DNA from: Octopus bimaculoides
Lineage: Eukaryota
Assembly (NCBI RefSeq): GCF_001194135.2
Contig: NC_068990.1
Span: 39,765,326-39,805,688, forward strand
Direction of reading: 5' to 3'
DNA: 40,363 nucleotides
Shown here: positions 1 through 11,664 of the stretch, in pieces
Position numbering within the stretch: the stretch's first letter is position 1
Layout of the letters: the number at the start of each line of letters is the position of its first letter
Notes under the pieces: generated by a model
What the model was told of the DNA's origin: nothing
Databases searched by the model: none
Seen by the model: the letters and a program-made list of their open reading frames with translations, nothing else
Program-made: the position numbers and the translations under genes

Positions 1-237
1 AGATACATGAAAACATCTATAACCACAACCGGAACTTCATAAGTATAAAGTACTGATGTTGAAGAAAAACCATCAATAAGCACTAATACTAACATAAATT
101 AACAAGTTCCAGAAAAATTAATTGATACAGAGGTAAATCAGTGTATACTTGGAAAATATACATCCCTGAGAAAGAGCAACGTCTTTCCATTCAAAATTTC
201 ATAAATACTCGTTGTGTGTGTGTGTGTGTGTGTGATA

Positions 238-364
238 GGCTAATTTCAGTTTCTCTCTAACAAATCTGCTCACAAGGCTTTTGTCAACCTGAGGTTGTGC
301 CAGGTAGTGGGACTAAATTGAAAACCATGTGGTAAGGAAGCAAACTTCTGAACCACACAGCCAC
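238..364 (-). mobile_element. SINE family A, degenerate 5' part (internally deleted)
   Basis: Reverse complement matches the family A head at 1151-1311 (GTGGCTGTGTGGTT...CACATGGTTT...CCTTGTGAGCAGATTTG). Abuts (TG)n at about 213-234. Confidence 0.7.
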
Positions 365-659
365 ACAAACTGTCTGAGTTTAAATTGGATGATTATTTTA
401 TGTCGCCTTTTATCAGGAACTACCTGAAGTATTACTGAACTATCAAAGCAAACATAAAGATTAAAGTTGAGAAAAAGTTAACAGACATAGGAAGCTGGAA
501 GCCATCTGCATATTGGAAAAGAATTGCCTGTGTCAAATGCCAACAGCATAACTGCTGCTCAATGCTCTATGAACACTGTAAAGCTTGTAAGATGTGACAT
601 GGACAGCTGTAACAAAGACTATGATGCTGTAGTCAGAGTGGGTATTCTGATTGCAACCA

Positions 660-1085
660 CACACTGGAATTCCCGGTGTCTTTGAGCTGGGCCTTAAATT
701 CAATTCAGATTGGAGACTTTGGTCAATCCCTGGCTGGAGACGGTTGCTACTGGAAGGCCATATATGTGGCAGCAGGATTTGGCTCCCTGCCATACCTTGG
801 GAAAGAGTTAGAAGTGGTTGTCAGAGAATTTCTACAAATTCATCAGCTCCAATTTCTGGCCTCCTAATTTCCCCATTTCTAATCCCATGGATCACTATGT
901 GGGCAGCATGCTTGAGAAAAGCACCAACCACTCTGACTGCAACACCAAGGCCAAGCTCAAGCTCAAGCTCAAGCTCAAGCTCAAGCTCAAGATCAAGGTG
1001 ATCAAAAATTTCTCAAGGACAGTGACGAATGTATATGTCAGGTTCTGGAGCCATCTTTAGGTTGTGGTAGAAGTAAGAATATCTA
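660..1085 (+). pseudogene. Decayed Tc1/mariner-superfamily transposase, DD37D (maT-like), C-terminal catalytic region
   Basis: Frame from 722 reads VNPWLETVATGRPYMWQQDLAPCHTLGKS*KWLSENFYKFISSNFWPPNFPISNPMDHYVGSMLEKSTNHSDCNTK...RFWSHL*VVVE. Asp at 776-778 and Asp at 890-892 are separated by 37 codons, and WPPNxPxxNPMD is the family motif. In-frame TAG at 809-811, with a frameshift upstream (VFELGLKFNSD lies in another frame). Confidence 0.88.
953..988 (+). repeat. (AAGCTC)6 hexamer microsatellite inside the transposase remnant
   Basis: Six perfect units followed by one variant, AAGATC. Confidence 0.97.
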
Positions 1086-1150
1086 GTTGATATTTTGGGG
1101 TTTTTGATATATTTTGTTTTTGAATGGAATGTTATGCTTTCTTTTCCTAG

Positions 1151-1311
1151 GCGCAGGAGTGGCTGTATGGTAAGTAGCTTGCTTACCAACCACATGGTTT
1201 CAGGTTCAGTCCCACTGCGTGGCACCTTAGGCAAGTGTCTTCTACTATAGCCTCGGGCTGACCAAAGCCTTGTGAGTGGATTTGGTAGACGGAAACTGAA
1301 AGAAGCCCATC
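1151..1311 (+). mobile_element. SINE family A (tRNA-like head), 5' half
   Basis: A-box-like TGGCTGTATGG, B-box-like GGTTCAGTCCC, then GGCACCTTAGGCAAGTGTCTTCTACTATAGCC. Followed by (TA)n and a gap. The sequence recurs many times in the window. Confidence 0.88.
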
Positions 1312-1314
1312 GTA

Positions 1315-1345
<31 letters not shown>

Positions 1346-2067
1346 NNNNNNNNNNNNNNNNNNNNNNNNNNNNNNNNNNNNNNNNNNNNNNNNNNNNNNN
1401 NNNNNNNNNNNNNNNNNNNNNNNNNNNNNNNNNNNNNNNNNNNNNNNNNNNNNNNNNNNNNNNNNNNNNNNNNNNNNNNNNNNNNNNNNNNNNNNNNNNN
1501 NNNNNNNNNNNNNNNNNNNNNNNNNNNNNNNNNNNNNNNNNNNNNNNNNNNNNNNNNNNNNNNNNNNNNNNNNNNNNNNNNNNNNNNNNNNNNNNNNNNN
1601 NNNNNNNNNNNNNNNNNNNNNNNNNNNNNNNNNNNNNNNNNNNNNNNNNNNNNNNNNNNNNNNNNNNNNNNNNNNNNNNNNNNNNNNNNNNNNNNNNNNN
1701 NNNNNNNNNNNNNNNNNNNNNNNNNNNNNNNNNNNNNNNNNNNNNNNNNNNNNNNNNNNNNNNNNNNNNNNNNNNNNNNNNNNNNNNNNNNNNNNNNNNN
1801 NNNNNNNNNNNNNNNNNNNNNNNNNNNNNNNNNNNNNNNNNNNNNNNNNNNNNNNNNNNNNNNNNNNNNNNNNNNNNNNNNNNNNNNNNNNNNNNNNNNN
1901 NNNNNNNNNNNNNNNNNNNNNNNNNNNNNNNNNNNNNNNNNNNNNNNNNNNNNNNNNNNNNNNNNNNNNNNNNNNNNNNNNTATATATATATATATATCA
2001 CACACACTTATATGCATCTATCTACACTCACACACTCACACACACACATATATATATATACATATAA

Positions 2068-2220
2068 GATGGGCTTCTTTCAGTGTCCATCTACCAAATC
2101 CACTCACAAGGCTTTGGTTGGCCTGAGGCTGTAGTAGAGAACACTTGCCCAAGGTGCCACATAGTGGAACTGAACCCAGAACCATGTGGTTGGGAAGCAA
2201 GCTACTTAGCACACAGCCAC
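2068..2220 (-). mobile_element. SINE family A, 5' half, inverted relative to 1159-1311
   Basis: Reverse complement aligns ungapped to 1159-1311 with about 18 mismatches in 153 bp (manual count). Confidence 0.88.
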
Positions 2221-3089
2221 ATTTGCATCTGCAGTTTAAGTTAAAATCCCACTGAGGTCAACACTGCCTTTTGTCATTACAAGGTCAATAAAAAGTACCA
2301 AAGCTGAGCAGTTAATTGGCCAAACTGTTGGAGGGTTGAGCAAGGTACCTAGTTGAATCGGTTCTGGTTCTTTGTATCCTTACATCAAATTCTGTGACAC
2401 TGGTGCCAAGCTGTATCAGTCCAAATCAGCAGTCTTTGGATATACATCAACAGCCAGGAGAGGAATGACTTGTATGATTTTTATGTTGCTCAGGCCTACA
2501 CATATATGTACAAATGCATGTTCAGCTTTGACCTACAGAGGTTTCTATATAAAAATTCAAGTGCTTCATTACATTAGCATACAGTGTCCTATTGAAGCAC
2601 CAATATAGGCCTGAAAATGTCAATGAGAAGCCACTTCATTTACCAGGCTCAAACCAGAGTCTTCATTTTCTTTGCTCTGAAACGCACATATTCAGTATGT
2701 TAGTGCCCCAGAATTGCCAGTTTTTCCCTCAGTATCTGAGAGACAATCAGTTTTATATTTACCAAGTTAAGCCACCATAGTCAACCTAGCAGAAAATCTC
2801 AACTCGGCTGGTTATCTACTTGTAGGTAAAATAGCCAAAAATACAAAATTTACACATACACATATTTAGACAAATGCATGTGTGCATTCACACACATGCA
2901 CACACACACAGAGACACATGCACACTGAAGGGAAAGAAAACAAACAAAAATAAAAAATAAACAAAGCAAAGAAAACTAAGTGAATGAAATAGAGATTCCA
3001 ACGAAAGATCCATAGATTAGGATGAGTCCATTATGGTTGGAAAGTTGAAGAGAGAGAGAGGGGGGGAAGAGAGTGAAAGAGAGATAGAA

Positions 3090-3146
<57 letters not shown>

Positions 3147-3309
3147 AAGAGAGAGAGAGAAGAGGGACAAGTTAAATGTTGTGTGCGGGTCTCTCCTCTG
3201 ATTCCATTGTTAGCATGTAACATCATGCAACATGCAACTAACACTGCACATTTTATGTCAGGAAGAAAATATATTGACATTCTTCTGAAAAGCAAAAATA
3301 GAAAAAAAA

Positions 3310-3360
<51 letters not shown>

Positions 3361-4912
3361 CANNNNNNNNNNNNNNNNNNNNNNNNNNNNNNNNNNNNNN
3401 NNNNNNNNNNNNNNNNNNNNNNNNNNNNNNNNNNNNNNNNNNNNNNNNNNNNNNNNNNNNNNNNNNNNNNNNNNNNNNNNNNNNNNNNNNNNNNNNNNNN
3501 NNNNNNNNNNNNNNNNNNNNNNNNNNNNNNNNNNNNNNNNNNNNNNNNNNNNNNNNNNNNNNNNNNNNNNNNNNNNNNNNNNNNNNNNNNNNNNNNNNNN
3601 NNNNNNNNNNNNNNNNNNNNNNNNNNNNNNNNNNNNNNNNNNNNNNNNNNNNNNNNNNNNNNNNNNNNNNNNNNNNNNNNNNNNNNNNNNNNNNNNNNNN
3701 NNNNNNNNNNNNNNNNNNNNNNNNNNNNNNNNNNNNNNNNNNNNNNNNNNNNNNNNNNNNNNNNNNNNNNNNNNNNNNNNNNNNNNNNNNNNNNNNNNNN
3801 NNNNNNNNNNNNNNNNNNNNNNNNNNNNNNNNNNNNNNNNNNNNNNNNNNNNNNNNNNNNNNNNNNNNNNNNNNNNNNNNNNNNNNNNNNNNNNNNNNNN
3901 NNNNNNNNNNNNNNNNNNNNNNNNNNNNNNNNNNNNNNNNNNNNNNNNNNNNNNNNNNNNNNNNNNNNNNNNNNNNNNNNNNNNNNNNNNNNNNNNNNNN
4001 NNNNNNNNNNNNNNNNNNNNNNNNNNNNNNNNNNNNNNNNNNNNNNNNNNNNNNTAAAATATAAAAAACACATAATGGAAAACAAAAAAAAAAAGTTTAT
4101 ATAAATTCCTCATAGTTGTATTTATTTTACATAACGTTTTTAATTATTATTATTATTATTATTATTATTATCATTATTGTTGTTGTTGCTGTTGTTGTTA
4201 TTAATATTTTTTTTTACATGTGATTTAGGTTGTGCACTCATAAATTGTTTTACAGCATTGCTGTTGCATTGATAAATCTCTGTGCAACAACCATACTTCT
4301 ACTACCACCACTACCACCAATACAACATTGGCTCTACCAAAGTGTTTGTAGTAGCAATGGTGGCTCATATATGGCAAAAGATTTTTTGTTATTTATCTAC
4401 TACAATTACCTGTCAAATAATGTAACTCGGTAATAATGTATTCTGGTGGATATCCTTGGAGAAGGCATGAACTTCACAACTCTCCATCATTCTACTCACT
4501 ACTGCCACTGCTACTCCAAGAAGTTATGCATACCGCTTTAGCTATTTATGTATTAATTTTTCTACTCCATTAAGCTGTGTTTGAATCCCCGTTTTATAAA
4601 AGCCTTAACATAGCATTGCTCTAGTTATATATGTATTCATGTTGTAGTTCTACCTTTCCATGCTGGTCAGTTGCAGACTATATGGCATACTCCTGTGGTC
4701 AGATGATCGACACTTGACCATCAGTATTGTCCATCAATAGTATAGTTTTTTAGCTCATTTTTATAAATCTCAGCGTTACTATGGCAAGTGCTCGTATTCA
4801 GTATTTTTAGTATTAAGATGAGGTATAAATCTCTGTCAGGATACAAATTAGCATATCACAGATATTTATGCTAAGTACTCCAACTCAAGAAATATTTACT
4901 ATAAGCCAAGTA

Positions 4913-5194
4913 AGATCGTTGCCAGTGCCCCTGGACTGGTTCTTGTGCGGGTGGCACATGAGATGCACCATTTTGAGCGTGGCCGTTGCCAGTACCGCCT
5001 GACTGGCTCCTGTAGGATTTTCGAGCGAGATCGTTGCCAGTGCCCCTGGACTGGCTTGTGCGGGTGGCACATAAAAGACACCATTTCGAGCGTGGCCGTT
5101 TTCGTGCGGGTGACACGTAAAAGCACCCACTACACTCTCTGAGTGGTTGGCGTTAGGAAGGGCATCCAGCTGTAGAAACTCTGCCAAATCAGAC
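4913..5194 (+). mobile_element. Retroposon family C with duplicated modular 5' region, cut by a gap
   Basis: Block AGATCGTTGCCAGTGCCCCTGGACTGG...GAGCGTGGCCGTT occurs at 4913 and 5028. It is followed by the core GAGTGGTTGGCGTTAGGAAGGGCATCCAGCTGTAGAAACTCTGCC shared with 18200, 21722 and 27018. Confidence 0.85.
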
Positions 5195-5827
5195 NNNNNN
5201 NNNNNNNNNNNNNNNNNNNNNNNNNNNNNNNNNNNNNNNNNNNNNNNNNNNNNNNNNNNNNNNNNNNNNNNNNNNNNNNNNNNNNNNNNNNNNNNNNNNN
5301 NNNNNNNNNNNNNNNNNNNNNNNNNNNNNNNNNNNNNNNNNNNNNNNNNNNNNNNNNNNNNNNNNNNNNNNNNNNNNNNNNNNNNNNNNNNNNNNNNNNN
5401 NNNNNNNNNNNNNNNNNNNNNNNNNNNNNNNNNNNNNNNNNNNNNNNNNNNNNNNNNNNNNNNNNNNNNNNNNNNNNNNNNNNNNNNNNNNNNNNNNNNN
5501 NNNNNNNNNNNNNNNNNNNNNNNNNNNNNNNNNNNNNNNNNNNNNNNNNNNNNNNNNNNNNNNNNNNNNNNNNNNNNNNNNNNNNNNNNNNNNNNNNNNN
5601 NNNNNNNNNNNNNNNNNNNNNNNNNNNNNNNNNNNNNNNNNNNNNNNNNNNNNNNNNNNNNNNNNNNNNNNNNNNNNNNNNNNNNNNNNNNNNNNNNNNN
5701 NNNNNNNNNNNNNNNNNNNNNNNNNNNNNNNNNNNNNNNNNNNNNNNNNNNNNNNNNNNNNNNNNNNNNNNNNNNNNNNNNNNNNNNNNNNNNNNNNNNN
5801 NNNNNNNNNNNNNNNNNNNNNNNNNNN

Positions 5828-5871
<44 letters not shown>

Positions 5872-6039
5872 TAAATCATAAATCCGAAAGAGAAGCACAC
5901 TCTAAGTTAAAGAGTTGTAGATTATTTAGATGAAGATAGTTATGTCTGGCTTATAAGATCTAATGGTTCTGATGACACATATGTAAAGCCACATGCTTTA
6001 TGGATGCAAAACCCTGGGTAACCCCTATGAACCAGCCAT

Positions 6040-6186
6040 AATTATTTGCCGAGTGGTTGGTCTTAGAAAGGGCACCCAGCTGTAAAAAACCCTCCTGAAA
6101 CAGACACTGAAGTATGGTGCAGCCTTCTGCCTGGCCAGCTCCTGTCAAACCATCCAACCCATGCCAGCATGGAATGTAGATATTAA

Positions 6187-6221
<35 letters not shown>
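6040..6221 (+). mobile_element. Older family C-related copy ending in a (GAT)n tail
   Basis: GAGTGGTTGGTCTTAGAAAGGGCACCCAGCTGTAAAAA...CCAACCCATGCCAGCATGGAATGTAGATATTAAATGATGATG. Confidence 0.75.
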
Positions 6222-6424
6222 ATATATATTTAGATAAAGATAGTTATGACCGGTTCATAGGGTCACCCAGGGAACACACACACACACTTATATAGTATTA
6301 ATTTGCTTAATTGGCTAATTGTTGTTAATTGGCTATACTGGCAACATGACCATCCCCAAATACAACAATACCTGCTTCAACACACGATTTCACATCAAGA
6401 ATCTTGCAAAACGAATATATAAAC

Positions 6425-6525
<101 letters not shown>

Positions 6526-7139
6526 GGGATAAAAATCCAAATTTACAGGTAAAAACTCAATTTATTAAAAATTGAAATTAAATTAAGTTTCACAGTATAA
6601 AATAAATATTTATAGTTTAGGGAAAAGAACCAAGGTTCATGAACTCATCAATGAAAATCCACTGTCACATACAGAAAAATTAATAAGTAAAAGCACAATA
6701 AATAAGTATAATATAATACATGGTAAATATCATAAGATAATGATAATAAAATGACTACACGTGTTTCATAACCAATTTTCAAGCAGAAAAAAAATTTAAA
6801 NNNNNNNNNNNNNNNNNNNNNNNNNNNNNNNNNNNNNNNNNNNNNNNNNNNNNNNNNNNNNNNNNNNNNNNNNNNNNNNNNNNNNNNNNNNNNNNNNNNN
6901 NNNNNNNNNNNNNNNNNNNNNNNNNNNNNNNNNNNNNNNNNNNNNNNNNNNNNNNNNNNNNNNNNNNNNNNNNNNNNNNNNNNNNNNNNNNNNCAAAATA
7001 AAGATTTTACAAGTTCAATATCAGCTCCAGTAGCCACATATATAAATGGGGCAGAAGAAAACAGTTCAGATGAGCTTAATATCAAGACTCATAATAATTC
7101 ATGTACAATATGCAGGCATAGAAGCTTGATCTTAACCAG

Positions 7140-7373
7140 TCAGATCATCCAAGAAGATATTTTGTAATATTGAGCTTTGTTTTTAATAACCAGTTGATCT
7201 AGCAAGCGGGGCCTCATATCAATGAGGGGGGCCGGTGCGCATTGATGCCGTCCAGAGGTAGATCCGAAAACGGCACGCATTCTCTCCTGATGACCCCATA
7301 TACTTGCTGGCTTCTGGTATGCGGAGTTCTCGACTGGTAGCACTTGCATGTACGAGTTGTTTGCAAGACATCT
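7140..7373 (-). CDS. Candidate coding exon, unassigned
   Basis: 10 CpG in 7207-7354 against a CpG-poor background. Possible acceptor TTCAG at 7378-7374. Open frames: xDVLQTTRTCKCYQSRTPHTRSQQVYGVIRRECVPFSDLPLDGINAHRPPSLI* (stop 7214-7216) or RCLANNSYMQVLPVENSAYQKPASIWGHQERMRAVFG...SWMI* (stop at 7140). No homology recognised. Confidence 0.25.
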   Translation of the reverse strand, partial: RCLANNSYMQVLPVENSAYQKPASIWGHQERMRAVFGSTSGRHQCAPAPLIDMRPRLLDQLVIKNKAQYYKISSWMI

Positions 7374-7627
7374 CTGAATTTTTATGGTCTGAATTCAAAA
7401 CCTTACTGGTGGTAGTTTTGCATTACCTCTCTTTTAGAGCCAATAAATTACAACACCAATCAAAGAGGCACAGGTTTCTCTCTTGCTAGCCATCACATCT
7501 TTAACCCTTTAGCATTCAGATTATCCTGTCATGGGTAATGTTTATTTATTCTCATTGCTTTGAATTAATCATGCATTATCTTGCAGCTTTCAGATTTTGA
7601 TGCTAGTGGTGAGTGGGGGGGGGTGAG

Positions 7628-7820
7628 AGGAAAGGAGGAGATAGTGAGAGAGGAGGAGGAGATAGTGAGAGAGGAGGAGGAGGAGAAAAGCGGTGANNNN
7701 NNNNNNNNNNNNTAGTGAGAGAGGAGGAGGAGGAGATAGTGAGAGAGGAGGAGGAGATAGTGAGAGAGGAGGAGGAGATAGTGAGAGAGGAGGAGGAGAT
7801 AGTGAGAGAGGAGGAGGAGG
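7628..7820 (+). repeat. 21-bp purine minisatellite (ATAGTGAGAGAGGAGGAGGAG)n
   Basis: Directly visible tandem units, interrupted by the gap at 7697-7712. Source of the IVREEEE pseudo-ORF. Confidence 0.92.
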
Positions 7821-7821
7821 A

Positions 7822-7862
7822 GAAAAGCGGTGAGCTGGCAGAAACGTTAGCACGCCAGGCAA
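7822..7862 (+). mobile_element. SINE family B head fragment
   Basis: GCGGTGAGCTGGCAGAAACGTTAGCACGCCAGGC matches the reverse complement of the family B head near 36655-36688. Confidence 0.6.
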
Positions 7863-7879
7863 GATATTATATATACATA

Positions 7880-8315
7880 TATATCATCATCATCTTCATT
7901 TAATATCTATTTTCAATGCTGGCACAAGTTGTATGGTTTGACAGAAGGTGGCCAGCTGATGAACTGCTTAGGCTCCATATCTGTTTGGTCATGGTTTCTA
8001 TGGTTGGATGCCCTTCCTAATGTCAACCTCTTTAAAGTGTGTACTGGTTGCTTTTACACAGCACTGGCACAGTTGCATTAATGTGGCTCTGGTATGGGTG
8101 CTTTTTATGTGACTCCAGCACCCATAAGCCTGCAAGATTAGGGATACCCAGCTGAAGATGGATGCAGGGAACAGCCTGTATGCAAGGACAACCCCACTTT
8201 TACTTAGATTGACATGTCTATGACAATTTTCCATTTCCTCCTACCAAATCCACTCACATAATTTTGGTTGGCCCAGGGCTACTGTAGAAGGTGCCTAGTA
8301 GTGGTACTGAACTTG
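7880..8315 (-). mobile_element. Family C-related copy followed by a family A fragment, both minus strand
   Basis: (CAT)n then ...GGTTGGATGCCCTTCCTAATGTCAACC..., then CTACCAAATCCACTCACA...GGCCCAGGGCTACTGTAGAAG. Confidence 0.65.
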
Positions 8316-9914
8316 CACAAAGTCTAGTTAGTACTTAGATTGGTTGAGTACTTAGGAAACCTTGGTGCTGTATGCTAAACCTTTGATGTTCTGGGATAAT
8401 TTTTTTATCTGTAATGGCCTGATTTTCACATTAGAATATCTGAAAGAATTACCAAAAATAATCAAAACCTGAAAGAATATTTTGTTTTAAGAGATTTGAT
8501 CAAGTCAAAGACCAATGTTGTCATTTCTGGAAAAAAAGTGGATCGAATGTCAGTGTCACCTGGGTAGTTATAATGCAAATAGTGGGTGAATATAGGGAAT
8601 ATAGCTGTATATTTACTGCAATAGGTAAACATCTGTGAGAGATTAACTGAATGTTAGGACTTTTGATGTGGTTGATGTATATGAATAGTTTAGTAGGGAG
8701 TATGAGGAAGGAGGTTAGAAAGGTAGTAAATGTGAGGGAAAGTGGAAGTAGGAGAAAGAGAGGGAGAGAAATAAGGAGTGAAAGAGAGAGGGAAGGAGAG
8801 AGAGAAAGAAAGTGTCTGATAGACAAAGTTGTACATATAATGCAAAAGGTAGAGTGAAAGAGATAGAGAGGGCAAGAGAAAAGGAGAGAGAGAAGGAGAG
8901 ATAGATAGGTTGTCCATATAATATAAAAGAGTGAGCGAAAGAGAGAAAGTGACCAAATGATATGTAGTGTGTGTGTATGTGTGTGTGTGTATGTGTGTGT
9001 GTGTGTGTGGGAGAGAGAGAGAGTTGTGGGAATATACTGGGAGACATCTATTTCTGGGATAGATGGGGGGGGGAGGAAGAGAGATGTAGAAAGAGAAAAT
9101 ATATGGAGAGCATGAGAGAAGAAAAAGAGAGAATGATTGAAGAGAATGGTTTAGTGGGTGCATGAGGAAGTGAAGATAACGGGAGTTAGGGAGTTAGGGA
9201 GAAAGAAGATAGGAAGAGAGGGAGATAGAGAGATGAGGGAAAACNNNNNNNNNNNNNNNNNNNNNNNNNNNNNNNNNNNNNNNNNNNNNNNNNNNNNNNN
9301 NNNNNNNNNNNNNNNNNNNNNNNNNNNNNNNNNNNNNNNNNNNNNNNNNNNNNNNNNNNNNNNNNNNNNNNNNNNNNNNNNNNNNNNNNNNNNNNNNNNN
9401 NNNNNNNNNNNNNNNNNNNNNNNNNNNNNNNNNNNNNNNNNNNNNNNNNNNNNNNNNNNNNNNNNNNNNNNNNNNNNNNNNNNNNNNNNNNNNNNNNNNN
9501 NNNNNNNNNNNNNNNNNNNNNNNNNNNNNNNNNNNNNNNNNNNNNNNNNNNNNNNNNNNNNNNNNNNNNNNNNNNNNNNNNNNNNNNNNNNNNNNNNNNN
9601 NNNNNNNNNNNNNNNNNNNNNNNNNNNNNNNNNNNNNNNNNNNNNNNNNNNNNNNNNNNNNNNNNNNNNNNNNNNNNNNNNNNNNNNNNNNNNNNNNNNN
9701 NNNNNNNNNNNNNNNNNNNNNNNNNNNNNNNNNNNNNNNNNNNNNNNNNNNNNNNNNNNNNNNNNNNNNNNNNNNNNNNNNNNNNNNNNNNNNNNNNNNN
9801 NNNNNNNNNNNNNNNNNNNNNNNNNNNNNNNNNNNNNNNNNNNNNNNNAAAAATAATGAAGAAAAACATCAGAAAGTATTTTTAATAAAAACTTAAAAAT
9901 TAATAAAAAAAAAA

Positions 9915-9925
9915 ATAAATAAATA

Positions 9926-10020
<95 letters not shown>

Positions 10021-10037
10021 TGATAATAATAATAATA

Positions 10038-10068
<31 letters not shown>

Positions 10069-10092
10069 AAATGATAATGATGATGATAATTA
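9915..10092. repeat. (AAT)n microsatellite with AATG/GAT variants
   Basis: Directly visible. Confidence 0.97.
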
Positions 10093-10420
10093 GCTCATCC
10101 TTCGTTCCCATCTGAATCCCTCTGCACCTTCCGAAACAATATTAGCCTCAACTGTGTTATAATTTAAAGCGAACTCAGACCCCTCCTACTGCCCACCATC
10201 ACCACCACCACTACTACTACTACTGCTACTGCTATCTCCACCTATGGCATCTGACACCCACCCATGGCCCTTAAAATTATAAAATGAACCCCCTGAACTT
10301 TATATAATTCATGATTATTATTATTACCATAAACATTAGTGGTGGAGGGAGTGGTTAGTGTAAGAGGTGGGGGGGGACTGGAAGGAGGGAAGCCAAAAAG
10401 AAGGAAAATGAAGAAGGAAC

Positions 10421-10540
10421 AGAAGAAGAAGAAGAAGAAGAAGAAGAAGAAGAAGAAGAAGAAGAAGAAGAAGAAGAAGAAGAAGAAGAAGAAAAAGAAG
10501 AAGAAGAAGAAGAAGAAGAAGAAGAAGAAGAAGAAGAAGA
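10421..10540. repeat. (GAA)n microsatellite, about 40 units
   Basis: Directly visible. Source of the poly-K and poly-L ORFs. Confidence 0.97.
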
Positions 10541-11441
10541 GGAGGTGGAGGAGGTAAATGTGATTGTATAATGAATGTATTCAATAATTTTTTTAAACTG
10601 ATAGTTTTTATTCTTTGTTGGTGATAGTAGTACCGGTGGTGGTGATGGTGGTGCAGGTGGTGGTGGCTGTGGTGGTGGTGGTGGTGGTGGTGCAAATATT
10701 GGTAATGTTTCTTAGGGAGAAGAAATGTGCCCACCCTCCTTAAAAATGTTCCCCTCCCCTCCGATAGTTTCCAAGAATATTTTAAATATTCTCATACAGA
10801 TATATGCATATAAACACAGACATAAACTTACGCACAAATACATGCAAACATGCATCCAAATACACACACATACATGTTAGATCTGCTAGAATTAGCAGCT
10901 AAATCTCCCTCTAATTACTTCCTATCCTCTTAAAAGGAGAAGAAAAAAATTATATTATATTCAAAAATTCTAAATAAAAACAAAACTTCATAAAATAAAC
11001 AAAAAATGTCTGGAGTGGTTACAGTTGAATGACAGTTGAACAATGAAGAACCAAGTGACAACAAACAGGCAAATGAGCATAAAGCTTGAAGAATACTGAA
11101 GGTAACAACTATGTAAACTGTGTAATAAAACAAATGATAATGGTGACAAAATGGCAGCAATACATAGATACAACTCACATACATTTATATACATATATAC
11201 ATACATACATAACACTTAGTTTTAGAATGGTGGCAGCTGATGAAGGAAATGTTCTCTATGTGGCCTGTGTGTTTTCTGTACTCTGTTTATCATTTTGTCC
11301 ACGTTTTTTTTTGCAACATCCTGTACCCAGATATGCATCTATATATACATGTAGATGTAGATATGTACTTACATGTACGTATATATGCATATACTCATTT
11401 ATTATTTGTATTACATGCATACATATATACATACGTATATA

Positions 11442-11568
11442 CAGGGTGTCCACAAAGTCTGGGTACATGGGGATCAACACATACTTTAAGAAATTATTAT
11501 TTCTTATATTTAATTGTCTATGTCATGATTTTATTTACTCCATGTACTCAGACCTTGTGGACACCCTG
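11442..11568. mobile_element. 127-bp Tc1/mariner-type MITE
   Basis: 29-bp TIRs: CAGGGTGTCCACAAAGTCTGGGTACATGG (11442-11470) and CCATGTACTCAGACCTTGTGGACACCCTG (11540-11568), 2 mismatches. TA on both sides (11440-41, 11569-70). AT-rich non-coding interior. Confidence 0.92.
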
Positions 11569-11664
11569 TACATACAGACACAAATGCAGACATACACTAA
11601 CTTAAATGAACACACACACACACACATATATATCTTTTATCTTTTTCTTGTTTTGCTCATTTGA

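Noticed and set aside
9181-9200. TTAGGG hexamers
   Set aside because: Only two copies, within an 8-bp repeat in a purine-rich tract. Not an interstitial telomere array.
10090-10190. Minus-strand peptide EGSEFALNYNTVEANIVSEGAEGFRWERRMS*
   Set aside because: Looks protein-like but is short, has no pyrimidine tract at the putative acceptor, and shows no recognised homology.
11236-11275. CTGATGAAGG hammerhead 5' core
   Set aside because: No downstream GAAA or stem III. At most a fragment of a PLE-like repeat.
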